A stretch of 64,000 nt of DNA from Candidatus Udaeobacter sp. (GTDB taxonomy: Bacteria > Verrucomicrobiota > Verrucomicrobiia > Chthoniobacterales > UBA10450), in the NCBI GenBank assembly GCA_035652195.1, contig DASREH010000135.1, forward strand, positions 31,151 through 95,150, written 5' to 3'. The translations under genes and the position numbers were made by a program. Below the pieces are notes generated by a model, which ran no database searches, was not told the DNA's origin, and saw only the letters and a program-made list of their open reading frames with translations. Position 1 is the first letter of the stretch. Each line of letters starts with the position of its first letter. This document shows positions 18,026-27,157 of this stretch, piece after piece.

Positions 18026-18358
18026 CTATTCCCGTTGCTTTCTCGGAAGAAGAATCAGTTGCTTCAGCATGGGATTTCTGAAGGAGATTCGCTTGTAGGA
18101 AACGAAGACGTTTTCTCCGGCCTTCATCTTCGCAGGATTGATCCGTCGATCATGACGACGAAACTCGGTTTCGTTGTTCCAATCCAAGATCAAAGGCTTT
18201 TCCTGCTTACCGGCTTTGAAGACGATTGTTTGGGTGTCGAGGTCAACCGCCAGAATCACGCCTTCCGCGCGTTCGGGCTGCGGCAGTCGCGCGTCAGCTT
18301 GGAGAGTAGTGAAAACGAATAACGCGATCGTCGCCAGGGTAAACCGTGATCGGTGCAT
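18026..18358 (-). CDS. Small secreted protein (110 aa), paralog of 17598-18008
   Basis: The start was reset to MHRSRFTLATIALFVFTTLQADA (ATG at 18358), one nt after the upstream stop. The longer ORF-track form overlaps the STAS-like gene. Confidence 0.55.
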   Translation of the reverse strand: MHRSRFTLATIALFVFTTLQADARLPQPERAEGVILAVDLDTQTIVFKAGKQEKPLILDWNNETEFRRHDRRINPAKMKAGENVFVSYKRISFRNPMLKQLILLPRKQRE

Positions 18359-18359
18359 G

Positions 18360-18791
18360 TTAACGTTTTCGCTCGATGCGGTAACTGGCGTTACCCGCGA
18401 ATTTGTGTGGATGCTGCTGTTCGGTAGACCACGGTCCTTTCTCCAGCCAGCGTGCGGCTCGTGTGCGTTGTCCGATATCGAAGTAACGGGTGTCAGCGTG
18501 AAAACCGCGCACCAGAACGCGCGCCCATTTGTAGGCTCGTCTCTCACCGACGACTGCCACGTGCCGCAGCTTGATTGCATTTTCTGCCGCTACAAAGGCG
18601 CCTTTCCAAACAACGCCGACGCTCACCCGTCGAAATGACGGGTCCAGCTCACAGAGCAAATCGACCGCGCCCTGCTTCGCGATTTTATCACTAATGAGTG
18701 CGCAGATTTCCTTGTATTCGCGGGCTGTAACCTTTCGCGAGATTTGCAGGCGCACCAGATTGGGTTTCGTTTCTGAAAGTTGTGAATACAT
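18360..18791 (-). CDS. SpoIIAA/STAS-like (DUF3478-type) protein
   Basis: About 143 aa. The pattern ...LCELDPSFRRVSVGVVWKGAFVAAENAIKLRHVAVVGERRAYKWARVLVRGFHADTRYFDIGQRTRAARWLE matches the SpoIIAA-like family as I remember it. The ATG is at 18791 (the track uses TTG at 18797). Confidence 0.55.
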   Translation of the reverse strand: MYSQLSETKPNLVRLQISRKVTAREYKEICALISDKIAKQGAVDLLCELDPSFRRVSVGVVWKGAFVAAENAIKLRHVAVVGERRAYKWARVLVRGFHADTRYFDIGQRTRAARWLEKGPWSTEQQHPHKFAGNASYRIERKR

Positions 18792-18839
18792 GTCCAATCA
18801 CTTCAAAAAAACGCAGCGCCTCATGTGATTCGTAAATTC

Positions 18840-21800
18840 CTAAGTGCCATACAACTGCGTTGTCAGCGGAGGTTCGGGCAGTGGATGCGGTGCGCGACGC
18901 GCCTTGCGCTCAAACACGTTGTAGAGCGTGGGCAGGATGAAAAGCGTGAGCAACGTAGAGCTGATGAGCCCGCCAATCACGACCGCGGCCAGTGGTTTTT
19001 GAATTTCGCTGCCCGGACCCGTGGCAAAAAGCATCGGGATTAAACCAAGTGCGGCGACACTCGCGGTAATTAAAACAGGCCGCAGACGCAACACGGCCCC
19101 TTTCACAACCGCAAGCTCGACGTTCGTTCCTTCACGCCGCAGTTCATTGAAGTAACTGACCATGACCACACCGTTGAGTACGGCCACGCCGAAGAGCGCG
19201 ATGAAGCCAACGCTGGCGCTCACGCTAAGATTAAATCGCCCGATGATGAGCGCGAGAATTCCGCCAATCAGCGCGAAAGGAATGTTCATGATGATGAGCA
19301 GCGCCTGCTTCACGGAATTGAATGAGCTGAAGAGCAACAGGAAGATCGATGCGATCGTGATCGGCACGACGATAGAAAAACGCTTCATGGCGCGCTGCTG
19401 ATTTTCGAATTGGCCGCCCCATGTCATGACATAGCCAGGCGGCAACTTCACAGCGTTGTCGATCTTCTGCTTGGCTTCGTGCACGAAACTGCCGATATCA
19501 CGTCCGGTCACATTGCATTGAATAACGATGCGGCGTTGCGCCATCTCGCGGCTGATCTGCGCCGGGCCTTCGCTCACTTCCACTTTGGCGAGTTGGCCAA
19601 GCGGAATGAGCGCGCCGCTTGGCGATGGAATGAGTATTTCGCGGATTGGTTCGACATCGTTGCGTGCAGCTTCGGGAAAGCGCACAGCAAGCCCGAAGAC
19701 TTTCATTCCGTCATAGACTTTGCTCGCTTCCTTACCGCCGATTGCCGTCTCTATGACCTCGTGGATGTCGGCAACGTTAATGCCGTAGCGCGCAATCTTC
19801 TCGCGATCGACTTCGATTTGCAGATACGCCAGTCCGCTCACTTTCTCGACGTTCACGTCGGTGGCGCCGCGTACCTTCGAAAGTACGCGTGCGACCGCAT
19901 CAGCTTTCTCTTTTAATACCTTGAGATCGTCACCGAAGATTTTGATTCCGATCGCGGATTTGACTCCGCTCACGAGTTCATCAACTCGCAGGGCGATTGG
20001 CTGCGTAAAGTTCCCGGTCACGCCGGGCAGATCGCCGAAGGCGGCGCGCATTTTTGACACGAGTTCTTCTTTGGTTTTGGCGCTGGTCCATTCCGACTGA
20101 GGGCGCAATGTCAGCATCACGTCAGTGGACTCGATGCCCATGGGATCGGTTGCGATGTCGGCCCGCCCCGTCTTCGATACTGCATCGATTACTTCGGGAA
20201 AGCGTTTGAAGATGCGTTGAGCGCGCGTCTGTAAGTTAGCGGCTTGCTGGAGCGAAATACTCGGCAGCGACCGCGCTTCGATAGCAACCGCGCCTTCATC
20301 AAGAGAAGGCAGAAACTCCGTGCCGATTAAGGGTACGAGCAGAAACGCAGCGATCAGCGCGATAACCGCTGGCAGCACGACGCGCCCAGGACGGCGGATA
20401 CATGGCTTCAGCGCAACAAGATAAACGTGCTTTAGCCAGCGAATGTGAATGGGATCATGCTCATGCGGCGTTTGCTTGAGAAAGAAAGTGCAAAGTGTCG
20501 GCACGAGCGTAAGGGAAAGGACGAGCGAGCCAAGCAGCGCGAACGAAATGGTGAACGCGAGCGGGCTAAACATTTTTCCTTCGAATCCCTGGAGTGTGAA
20601 GAGCGGCAGAAAAACGATTATGATGATGGCAATGCCGAAGACGATTGGCCGCCCGACTTCCTTGGCGGCGTAGAGAACCGTTTCGACCTTGCCCACGTGC
20701 CGGTGATGGAGCTTAGCGGGATCGGGTTTCTCTGTGAGGTGTCGATGAATATTTTCCACCATCACCACCGCGCCGTCCACCATCATGCCGATGCCGATTG
20801 CCAGCCCGCCTAACGACATCAGGTTGGCGCTCAGGCCATACCAGCGCATCATGATGAAAGCGAAGAGCGCGGAAAGCGGCAGGACGAGCGTCACAATGAT
20901 TGCGCTGCGCAAGTCGGCGAGCAAAACGACGAGAACGATCAGCACCAAGATTGCGCCTTCCTGGAGTGCAGACGTGACGGTGTGAATGGCCTTCCGGACG
21001 AGATCGGTCCGATCGTAGAACGGAACCAGCTCGACGCCTTTGGGCAATGCTTTCTGAATTTCCGGTAACTTCTCCTTTACTGCGTTTACCACGTCGCGGC
21101 CGCTGGCTCCTTTGAGCATCAGCACAATGGCGCTAACCACTTCGCCCTGGCCGTTCATCGTGACCGCGCCTTGTCTCAACTCCGCCCCAATCTTTACCTC
21201 GGCGACATCGCGCACGTAGATCGGCGTGTGCTCGTGGACGGCGACGATGATGTTGCCGATGTCCTGCGTGTTTTTTACCAGACCCAGCCCGCGCACAACG
21301 TATTGCTCGGACTGATGCTCGATGAAGTTACCGCTCGCGTTTGAATTGTTCTTCGCGAGTGCCTCAAAGACTTGTTGAAGGCTCACACGAAACGACGTCA
21401 GCCGCTCGGGTTTGACGATGACCTGAAATTGTTTTACCAGCCCGCCGAACGAGTTCACATCCGCGACGCCCGGGACCGCTCGGAGCAGAGGGCGCACAAT
21501 GTAATCCTGGATTGTGCGCAGTTCCGTCGCGTCGTATTTTGGATCCTTGCTGATTAGGATGTATTGAAAGACTTCTCCCAATCCGGTGGTAATCGGACCA
21601 AGCTCAACATCGACGCCAGCCGGTAAGTTCTCGCGAGCACTGGCTAACCGTTCGGAAACAAGCTGGCGCGCGAAGTAATCATTCACGCCGTCTTCAAAAA
21701 CGATCGTGATCGCGGCAAGCCCGATCTTTGAAACCGAGCGAATCTCGGTCAGACGCGGCAGACCGCCCATCTGAATTTCAATCGGACGCGTGACCAGTTT

Positions 21801-21986
21801 CTCGACTTCCGGTGGCGACATTCCGCCGGCCTTAGCGAGAACTTGCACCTGCACGTTAGTAACATCGGGAAACGCATCGATCGGGATGCGCTGCCACGCC
21901 AGGGTGCCAAAGCCTGTAAGAATTACTGCCGCAAGAATGACGAGCATCCTTTGCCGGACCGAGAAATTCAGGATCGCGTTGATCAT
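18840..21986 (-). CDS. czcA: CzcA-type heavy-metal efflux RND permease
   Basis: 1048 aa. The TM4 motif GLAIGIGMMVDGAVVMVEN (DGA...VEN) is typical of divalent-cation HME pumps. Confidence 0.95.
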   Translation of the reverse strand: MINAILNFSVRQRMLVILAAVILTGFGTLAWQRIPIDAFPDVTNVQVQVLAKAGGMSPPEVEKLVTRPIEIQMGGLPRLTEIRSVSKIGLAAITIVFEDGVNDYFARQLVSERLASARENLPAGVDVELGPITTGLGEVFQYILISKDPKYDATELRTIQDYIVRPLLRAVPGVADVNSFGGLVKQFQVIVKPERLTSFRVSLQQVFEALAKNNSNASGNFIEHQSEQYVVRGLGLVKNTQDIGNIIVAVHEHTPIYVRDVAEVKIGAELRQGAVTMNGQGEVVSAIVLMLKGASGRDVVNAVKEKLPEIQKALPKGVELVPFYDRTDLVRKAIHTVTSALQEGAILVLIVLVVLLADLRSAIIVTLVLPLSALFAFIMMRWYGLSANLMSLGGLAIGIGMMVDGAVVMVENIHRHLTEKPDPAKLHHRHVGKVETVLYAAKEVGRPIVFGIAIIIIVFLPLFTLQGFEGKMFSPLAFTISFALLGSLVLSLTLVPTLCTFFLKQTPHEHDPIHIRWLKHVYLVALKPCIRRPGRVVLPAVIALIAAFLLVPLIGTEFLPSLDEGAVAIEARSLPSISLQQAANLQTRAQRIFKRFPEVIDAVSKTGRADIATDPMGIESTDVMLTLRPQSEWTSAKTKEELVSKMRAAFGDLPGVTGNFTQPIALRVDELVSGVKSAIGIKIFGDDLKVLKEKADAVARVLSKVRGATDVNVEKVSGLAYLQIEVDREKIARYGINVADIHEVIETAIGGKEASKVYDGMKVFGLAVRFPEAARNDVEPIREILIPSPSGALIPLGQLAKVEVSEGPAQISREMAQRRIVIQCNVTGRDIGSFVHEAKQKIDNAVKLPPGYVMTWGGQFENQQRAMKRFSIVVPITIASIFLLLFSSFNSVKQALLIIMNIPFALIGGILALIIGRFNLSVSASVGFIALFGVAVLNGVVMVSYFNELRREGTNVELAVVKGAVLRLRPVLITASVAALGLIPMLFATGPGSEIQKPLAAVVIGGLISSTLLTLFILPTLYNVFERKARRAPHPLPEPPLTTQLYGT

Positions 21987-21988
21987 GC

Positions 21989-22933
21989 CTACTCCTCCTC
22001 GAGCTCACCTTTGAGCATTTCCGATTTGAGAATGAAGCTGCCCTCGGTCACGAGCTTCTCCCCGACCTTCAATCCTTCGGTGACTTGCGCTCGCCCATGC
22101 GGCTCAATTCCCAACTTCACCACACGCTTTTGAAATTTATTTCCACCAAGATCGACAAATACGATCTGGTTCTCTTCGTCCGTTTGAAGCGCTGTATCGG
22201 GAATCACAATCGTATCCCGTAAAATTGTTGTCGTGATTTCTACATCGGCGAACATTCCCGGCTTCAGTCGTCCATCGGAGTTGTTGACTTCAATGCGCAC
22301 TTCCAACGTGCGCGATTGTGCTTCAACTTGATTGCCGGTTCGCACGACTTTCCCGCGGAATGTTTCGCCGGGGTACGCCAGCACCGAGAAGCTGGCGTCC
22401 TGTCCAACCTTCACGGCGCCAATGTCACGTTCCTTTACTTCTGCGATAACCCACAGATCAGTCGGATCGCTGATCGTGTAGATTTCCTTGTCTTTACTGA
22501 CAAGTTCGCCCGGTGCGCTTTTGCGATCGATAATCACACCGTCAATCGGCGCTTTCAGTTCAAGCGGTTTGCCTAACAACTCCGGCGTTTGCACAAGACA
22601 GAGCACTTCGCCCGCCTTTACCCTGTCGTTGAGGTCGACGTTTAATTTTATCAATCGTCCTTCCAGCGTGCTCGCAATCTTCGCGGTCCTGTTGAGGTTT
22701 TCACTCACGCGGCCTGGCGCTTTCAACGTGGTCTCGATGCTTCCCAGCTCTACCGGCTCGGTTTTGATTTCGGCATGTTGGAGCTGTTCTTTGGTTAAAG
22801 TGACGACGTTTGCTTCGTGCTTCTTCGCTTCTGACTCCTCGCTCGCTTCCTTCTTGCCGCAGCCTGCAAGTAACGTCGCAGCGAAGACAACGTTCATCGC
22901 CCGAGTGATTATCGATCTTACGCTTGTTCGCAT
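21989..22933 (-). CDS. czcB: RND periplasmic adaptor (CzcB-like)
   Basis: 314 aa with a lipoprotein-like N-terminus (LLAGC) and an HlyD barrel-sandwich. It lies 2 nt upstream of czcA. Confidence 0.9.
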   Translation of the reverse strand: MRTSVRSIITRAMNVVFAATLLAGCGKKEASEESEAKKHEANVVTLTKEQLQHAEIKTEPVELGSIETTLKAPGRVSENLNRTAKIASTLEGRLIKLNVDLNDRVKAGEVLCLVQTPELLGKPLELKAPIDGVIIDRKSAPGELVSKDKEIYTISDPTDLWVIAEVKERDIGAVKVGQDASFSVLAYPGETFRGKVVRTGNQVEAQSRTLEVRIEVNNSDGRLKPGMFADVEITTTILRDTIVIPDTALQTDEENQIVFVDLGGNKFQKRVVKLGIEPHGRAQVTEGLKVGEKLVTEGSFILKSEMLKGELEEE

Positions 22934-22936
22934 AAA

Positions 22937-24229
22937 TCAGGGCTTCAATTCGAGAGGAACACCAACAGCCGATTCAAGGTCAGCGCGGCTTTCGGCAACT
23001 TTTGAGAGCGCTTCGTAATAATCTGTCAGCGCATCGAAATAAGTGCGTTTGGCGTCGAGATAGATAATGAGCGTAGTCGCGTTCTGCGCGTAACCCTGCT
23101 CGGCCTGGGCGACGAAATCTTTGAGCTTTTGCAGAAACTCCGGCGAATAAAGTGCCAGCTGATCTCGCGCGACCTCGAGCTTCGCCGCTGCTTTGGTGAC
23201 GCCGCCGGTAATTTCCAGTCGCAACTTCTCGATCTCAGCGAGCGCTTTTTGCTGCTCGGCGTTTGCCGTTAGGATTTCGCCCTTTGCCTGATTCCAAAGT
23301 GGAAGCGCGACAGTTGCACGCAAAGCATAAGTGCGCTCACCCGCGTTCGAACTATATTCAATGGCTGGACCAATGGCGAAATCCGGCCGCCGGCCGAACC
23401 TCGTCTTGCGCAGATTCAAACCGGCGAGATTCGCCTGCAATTCCTGCGTCCGCAGACTTGGGTTCCGCGCCATCGCCAGCGCGACATAGCTTTCGGCTAT
23501 GCCTTTTGGGGCGGCACCTTCGAGCGTTCCGGTCGGATGCGACGGAGAAGACGATGCACGTCCTAAAAGCGTATTCAATTCGACGCGCGCGGTTGCTACG
23601 TTCCCCTCTGCCGCCCGCGCCAATTTGCGCGCGTTGATCAAGTCCGCCTGGCCCTTGACCGTTTCGAAATCCGAAGCAAAACCCGCTTGAGCGCGCTTCA
23701 CCGCTGCGTCGTAAAACGTCTGCGCAGACTGAATCTGGTCTTGGCGCAGCTTAACGATTTTCTCGGCAGCCAGATACTCGTAAAATGCCTTCCGCACTGC
23801 GGTCGCCAGCTGAAACCGAAAACCTTCCAGCGCTAGTTTGCTGATCTCGACATTGCGCTGCGCGATAGCAATCAGCAGCTGGCGCTTTCCCGGAAAAAGA
23901 AAAAGCTGATTTAGCTCGAACGTCGCGTTGAAGCCGGGTTTGGGCGGGCCGTTGGTGGCGGCATTCTCGCGCACGCCTGGTCCAACGCTCAATTCGGGAT
24001 TCTGCCACGTCTTCGCTGTGGTGACTCCGCCTTGGGCGGCCGTGACACTCGCCTCCAAAACACGAAACTCGGGATTATTGCGAAATGCCTCCTGCGTCAG
24101 TTGCGACAACGTTTCGGCATGAGCAGCCAACGCGCTTGCCATGACACTAGCAGCAAGGATGAATTTAAAGTTGTGATGGAACATTAGTTTGGAAATAGAA
24201 GACCTGATGGGGTGACAACGGCGCGACAT
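22937..24229 (-). CDS. czcC: TolC-family outer membrane factor (CzcC-like)
   Basis: 430 aa OEP-type repeat protein. A shorter start at 24184 (MFHHNFKFILAASVMASALAAHA) would give a cleaner signal peptide. Confidence 0.88.
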   Translation of the reverse strand: MSRRCHPIRSSISKLMFHHNFKFILAASVMASALAAHAETLSQLTQEAFRNNPEFRVLEASVTAAQGGVTTAKTWQNPELSVGPGVRENAATNGPPKPGFNATFELNQLFLFPGKRQLLIAIAQRNVEISKLALEGFRFQLATAVRKAFYEYLAAEKIVKLRQDQIQSAQTFYDAAVKRAQAGFASDFETVKGQADLINARKLARAAEGNVATARVELNTLLGRASSSPSHPTGTLEGAAPKGIAESYVALAMARNPSLRTQELQANLAGLNLRKTRFGRRPDFAIGPAIEYSSNAGERTYALRATVALPLWNQAKGEILTANAEQQKALAEIEKLRLEITGGVTKAAAKLEVARDQLALYSPEFLQKLKDFVAQAEQGYAQNATTLIIYLDAKRTYFDALTDYYEALSKVAESRADLESAVGVPLELKP

Positions 24230-24305
24230 AGCGCGCGTCCGACCAAGAACCCGAGTTCGACGAGAAAATCGTGTCGTCAGGACACGAGGGTGCTACTCGG
24301 GCAAG

Positions 24306-24617
24306 CTAGCTAAGCTGAGGCGGATGATCGATTGCAACCGGCAAGGTGCTTACCGCCTGAAGTGTGTCCAAGAGTGAAAAATCGATGGGCGAAAGCTTGA
24401 GGGCCGACAAAGGTTCTGCCGCGGCGAACAACACCGCACCAGAATGTACCGTACAAAGACATACTGTGCATGGGCTTTGTTTCGACGTCTGCGATGTCTG
24501 CTCGCATGGATGGCCTCGCATATCCACAACCGCATCCGCAACGATGTCGCCAGTAAAAGCAAACAGCGACACTGACGCGATCAGCAAAAATACGCGCGGG
24601 ACGCGGAAGATTGTCAT
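24306..24617 (-). CDS. Hypothetical exported Cys-containing protein leading the czc operon (in the position CzcI occupies)
   Basis: The start was reset to MTIFRVPRVFLLIASVSLFAFTG. It contains HPCEQ...SPCTVCLCTVH. Its placement matches that of 3846-4214 in operon 1. Confidence 0.4.
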   Translation of the reverse strand: MTIFRVPRVFLLIASVSLFAFTGDIVADAVVDMRGHPCEQTSQTSKQSPCTVCLCTVHSGAVLFAAAEPLSALKLSPIDFSLLDTLQAVSTLPVAIDHPPQLS

Positions 24618-24780
24618 CGGATTGACCTCATACCGTGCGGAATAGCAGGTGTCAAACCGCGCGTCGCATCTCGCCACGGGGCGGTTTCTTCAATGCGAAC
24701 TGTGGTTCCAAGAGTGATAAAACCGCGCGGCTTGCGGGTGATTCGCTTGTCTGCAACTTTGCATTCAGGAGGATCACATC

Positions 24781-25386
24781 ATGAAGAAATGGTTTTTCGA
24801 CGCAGATTATCTACAGGCGTGTAATTGCGATTATGGATGTCCCTGCGAATTCGCCGCGCCGCCGACACCGGGCTATTGCCAGGGCGTCGGTGTTTGGAAG
24901 ATCAACAAGGGCAAATATGGCGATCTCTCACTCGACGGCACCGGCCTGGCTTTCGCGGCGAAATGGCCGGGAGCAATTCATGAAGGCAACGGCACCGTCT
25001 GCCTGTTCGTCGATGAAAAAGCTTCGACCGCGCAAAGAGAGGCGTTGCTTGAAATCGGTTCAGGAAAAGCCGGTGGTCTGCCGTTCGAAATATTAGCAAC
25101 GACGTTCAGCACGCTGCTCGAACCGCAATTCGTCCCATTTGACATCAAGATCGATGGCCTTCAAAGCACTGCCCGCCTCGGCGATAACTTTCGGATCGCG
25201 CTCGAACCAATCAAAAATCCGGTCACCGGAAACGCTGAGCAGGTGACGGTGAATCATGGAACTGGATTCATTTTCAAAACGGCCGAGTGCGCATCCGCGC
25301 GGGAGGGATCTGTTGACGTCGACCAAATGAAGTTCAGCTATCCGAACAAAGCCGGCTTCGTCGCGCAAATCCATTACGGCAACTGA
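24781..25386 (+). CDS. DUF1326 family protein
   Basis: The N-terminus MKKWFFDADYLQACNCDYGCPCEF is the characteristic DUF1326 Cys motif. A good SD sequence (CAGGAGG) precedes the ATG. Confidence 0.8.
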   Translation: MKKWFFDADYLQACNCDYGCPCEFAAPPTPGYCQGVGVWKINKGKYGDLSLDGTGLAFAAKWPGAIHEGNGTVCLFVDEKASTAQREALLEIGSGKAGGLPFEILATTFSTLLEPQFVPFDIKIDGLQSTARLGDNFRIALEPIKNPVTGNAEQVTVNHGTGFIFKTAECASAREGSVDVDQMKFSYPNKAGFVAQIHYGN

Positions 25387-25396
25387 CAAGATCGAC

Positions 25397-26200
25397 ATGA
25401 GCGCAGTGGAAACAGTGCTGCGTCGCGATCGATTGATCGTCGGGACCGGGCTCGCTTTCATCGCGATGGCCGCCTGGCTTTACATGATTTACGAAGCGCG
25501 CCGGATGAACATGACGGGCGTGTGCGAATGCATGCGAATGAAGATGGGCGGCCCCGAACTTTCCGACTGGTCCGCAGCTACGCTACCGCCGCTCTTCTTA
25601 ATGTGGTCGGAAATGATGGTGGCAATGATGTTGCCCAGCGCGATGCCAATGATTCTGACTTTCGCGTCGGTTGCGCGCAATCGCCAAAAACAGCGACGAC
25701 CCTATGTCCCAGTCGCAGTTTTCGTTTCGGGCTACATCACGATCTGGTGCGCCTTCAGTCTCGTTGCTGCTCTTAGCCAATGGCTGCTGCATCGACACGC
25801 TTTACTTTCAACTTCGATGGGCAGCACGAGCGCAATCCTCGGCGGCATTCTTCTCCTCGCGGCCGGCGCGTTTCAATTCACGCCGCTAAAAAATAGTTGC
25901 CTCACCCATTGTCGCGGCCCAATGGAATTCATTATGACTCGCTGGCGCGGCGGTTGGCGCGGTGCATTCGCGATGGGGCTTGAGCATGGCGCGTTTTGCA
26001 CCGGTTGTTGCTGGGCCTTGATGATCCTTCTTTTCGTTGCGGGCGTGATGAACCTCCTTTGGATCGCCGCGCTCACCATTCTCGTTTGCTTGGAGAAAGT
26101 GCTGCCTTGTCGCAATCTCGTCAGTGTCGGAACGGGCCTGCTGCTCACTGCTTGGGGCGTCTGTCTGCTGGCCCGACACTTCTTCGAATTAGCCGCGTAA
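25397..26200 (+). CDS. DUF2182 family predicted metal-binding integral membrane protein
   Basis: 267 aa and polytopic. It contains Met/Cys/His-rich motifs (CECMRMKMGG, SCLTHCRGP, EHGAFCTGCCW) and is the usual partner of DUF1326. Confidence 0.8.
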   Translation: MSAVETVLRRDRLIVGTGLAFIAMAAWLYMIYEARRMNMTGVCECMRMKMGGPELSDWSAATLPPLFLMWSEMMVAMMLPSAMPMILTFASVARNRQKQRRPYVPVAVFVSGYITIWCAFSLVAALSQWLLHRHALLSTSMGSTSAILGGILLLAAGAFQFTPLKNSCLTHCRGPMEFIMTRWRGGWRGAFAMGLEHGAFCTGCCWALMILLFVAGVMNLLWIAALTILVCLEKVLPCRNLVSVGTGLLLTAWGVCLLARHFFELAA

Positions 26201-26265
26201 CATCCATTCCTGCCAGCGCTCGTTGCCGGCGAAGATTGGCAGTGAGTCCGAAACGGGTAGGCTTT

Positions 26266-26814
26266 TCACGAGGGAAAATTTTTTCTGAACAATTCACGTA
26301 CCTTCTCCAGACTTAACGGATAAGGCGGAGGATCATGTTCCTCACCATAAAGGAAAATGCCTACGAGTTTTCCGCCCGGCCGAAGCAGCTGCGTCATGCG
26401 CTCGACGTAAGCTGGCCACAAATCTGGCGGCAGCGCGCACAGAAACGTCCGTTCGTAGATCACGTCGAAATACCGCGAACCGAAATCATGCGTGAAAAAG
26501 TCGCCGTGTATGACGCGGCTCGCGAGTCCGCCGAGACTGGCTCGCGCCCGTTCCGTCGCGACAGGCGAGAAATCGATCGCGGTTACTTTCCAACCGGCCT
26601 CGTGGAATGCGCGCACTTCGTAACCCGTTCCGCATCCCGGAATCAGGACGCTTCCAGGCTGTGAAGTTTTAAGGAATGCTTTCAATTCCGCGGGCACGCC
26701 ATGAAAATCCCACGGCGTCTCACCCGCCGTGTAGCGCACATCCCAAAACTCAGGAGGGCTGCTGTCGTTCGAGTCCGTTCGCTGTTCGCCCATACGTTCG
26801 TTTTTTGCTCGCAT
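26266..26814 (-). CDS. SAM-dependent methyltransferase, thiopurine S-methyltransferase (TPMT)-like
   Basis: Contains FWDVRYTAGETPWD, VLIPGCGTGYEV (SAM motif I) and ERTFLCALPP. The start was reset to 26814 (or 26793), because the longer ORF overlaps the divergent Cys-rich gene. Confidence 0.8.
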   Translation of the reverse strand: MRAKNERMGEQRTDSNDSSPPEFWDVRYTAGETPWDFHGVPAELKAFLKTSQPGSVLIPGCGTGYEVRAFHEAGWKVTAIDFSPVATERARASLGGLASRVIHGDFFTHDFGSRYFDVIYERTFLCALPPDLWPAYVERMTQLLRPGGKLVGIFLYGEEHDPPPYPLSLEKVRELFRKNFPS

Positions 26815-26845
26815 CAATGCCTTAATTGCGATCAAACTAAGACCG

Positions 26846-27040
26846 ATGACAAAGTATCCGAAAATTTTGCTTTCAATTGTGCTCGCCGCGATGTGTACGG
26901 TCTCTTTTGCAGCGGACAAACCAAATTGCAAAAAGAGCGGCAAAAACTGCCCGATGAACGATAACAAGGACTGCAATTGCGTTGTAGAAAAATGCGGCTG
27001 CGCCAAGAGGGAGCATCCAGGCAACAAGCGTAGTAAGTGA
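26846..27040 (+). CDS. Small secreted Cys-rich protein (64 aa), paralog of 2495-2656
   Basis: Sequence is MTKYPKILLSIVLAAMCTVSFAADKPNCKKSGKNCPMNDNKDCNCVVEKCGCAK.... A 20-nt stretch, TCTTTTGCAGCGGACAAACC, is identical to the other copy. Confidence 0.65.
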   Translation: MTKYPKILLSIVLAAMCTVSFAADKPNCKKSGKNCPMNDNKDCNCVVEKCGCAKREHPGNKRSK

Positions 27041-27157
27041 GACGTTCCTAGTCACTCCTAGCACAAGCGAGAGCAAGGAATTAGGAAAAGTACTTTGCAG
27101 CTGAGCACCATTTGCACGGCGTGCTTCATTTCACGATTCCGAACGGTGCGATTGCGG

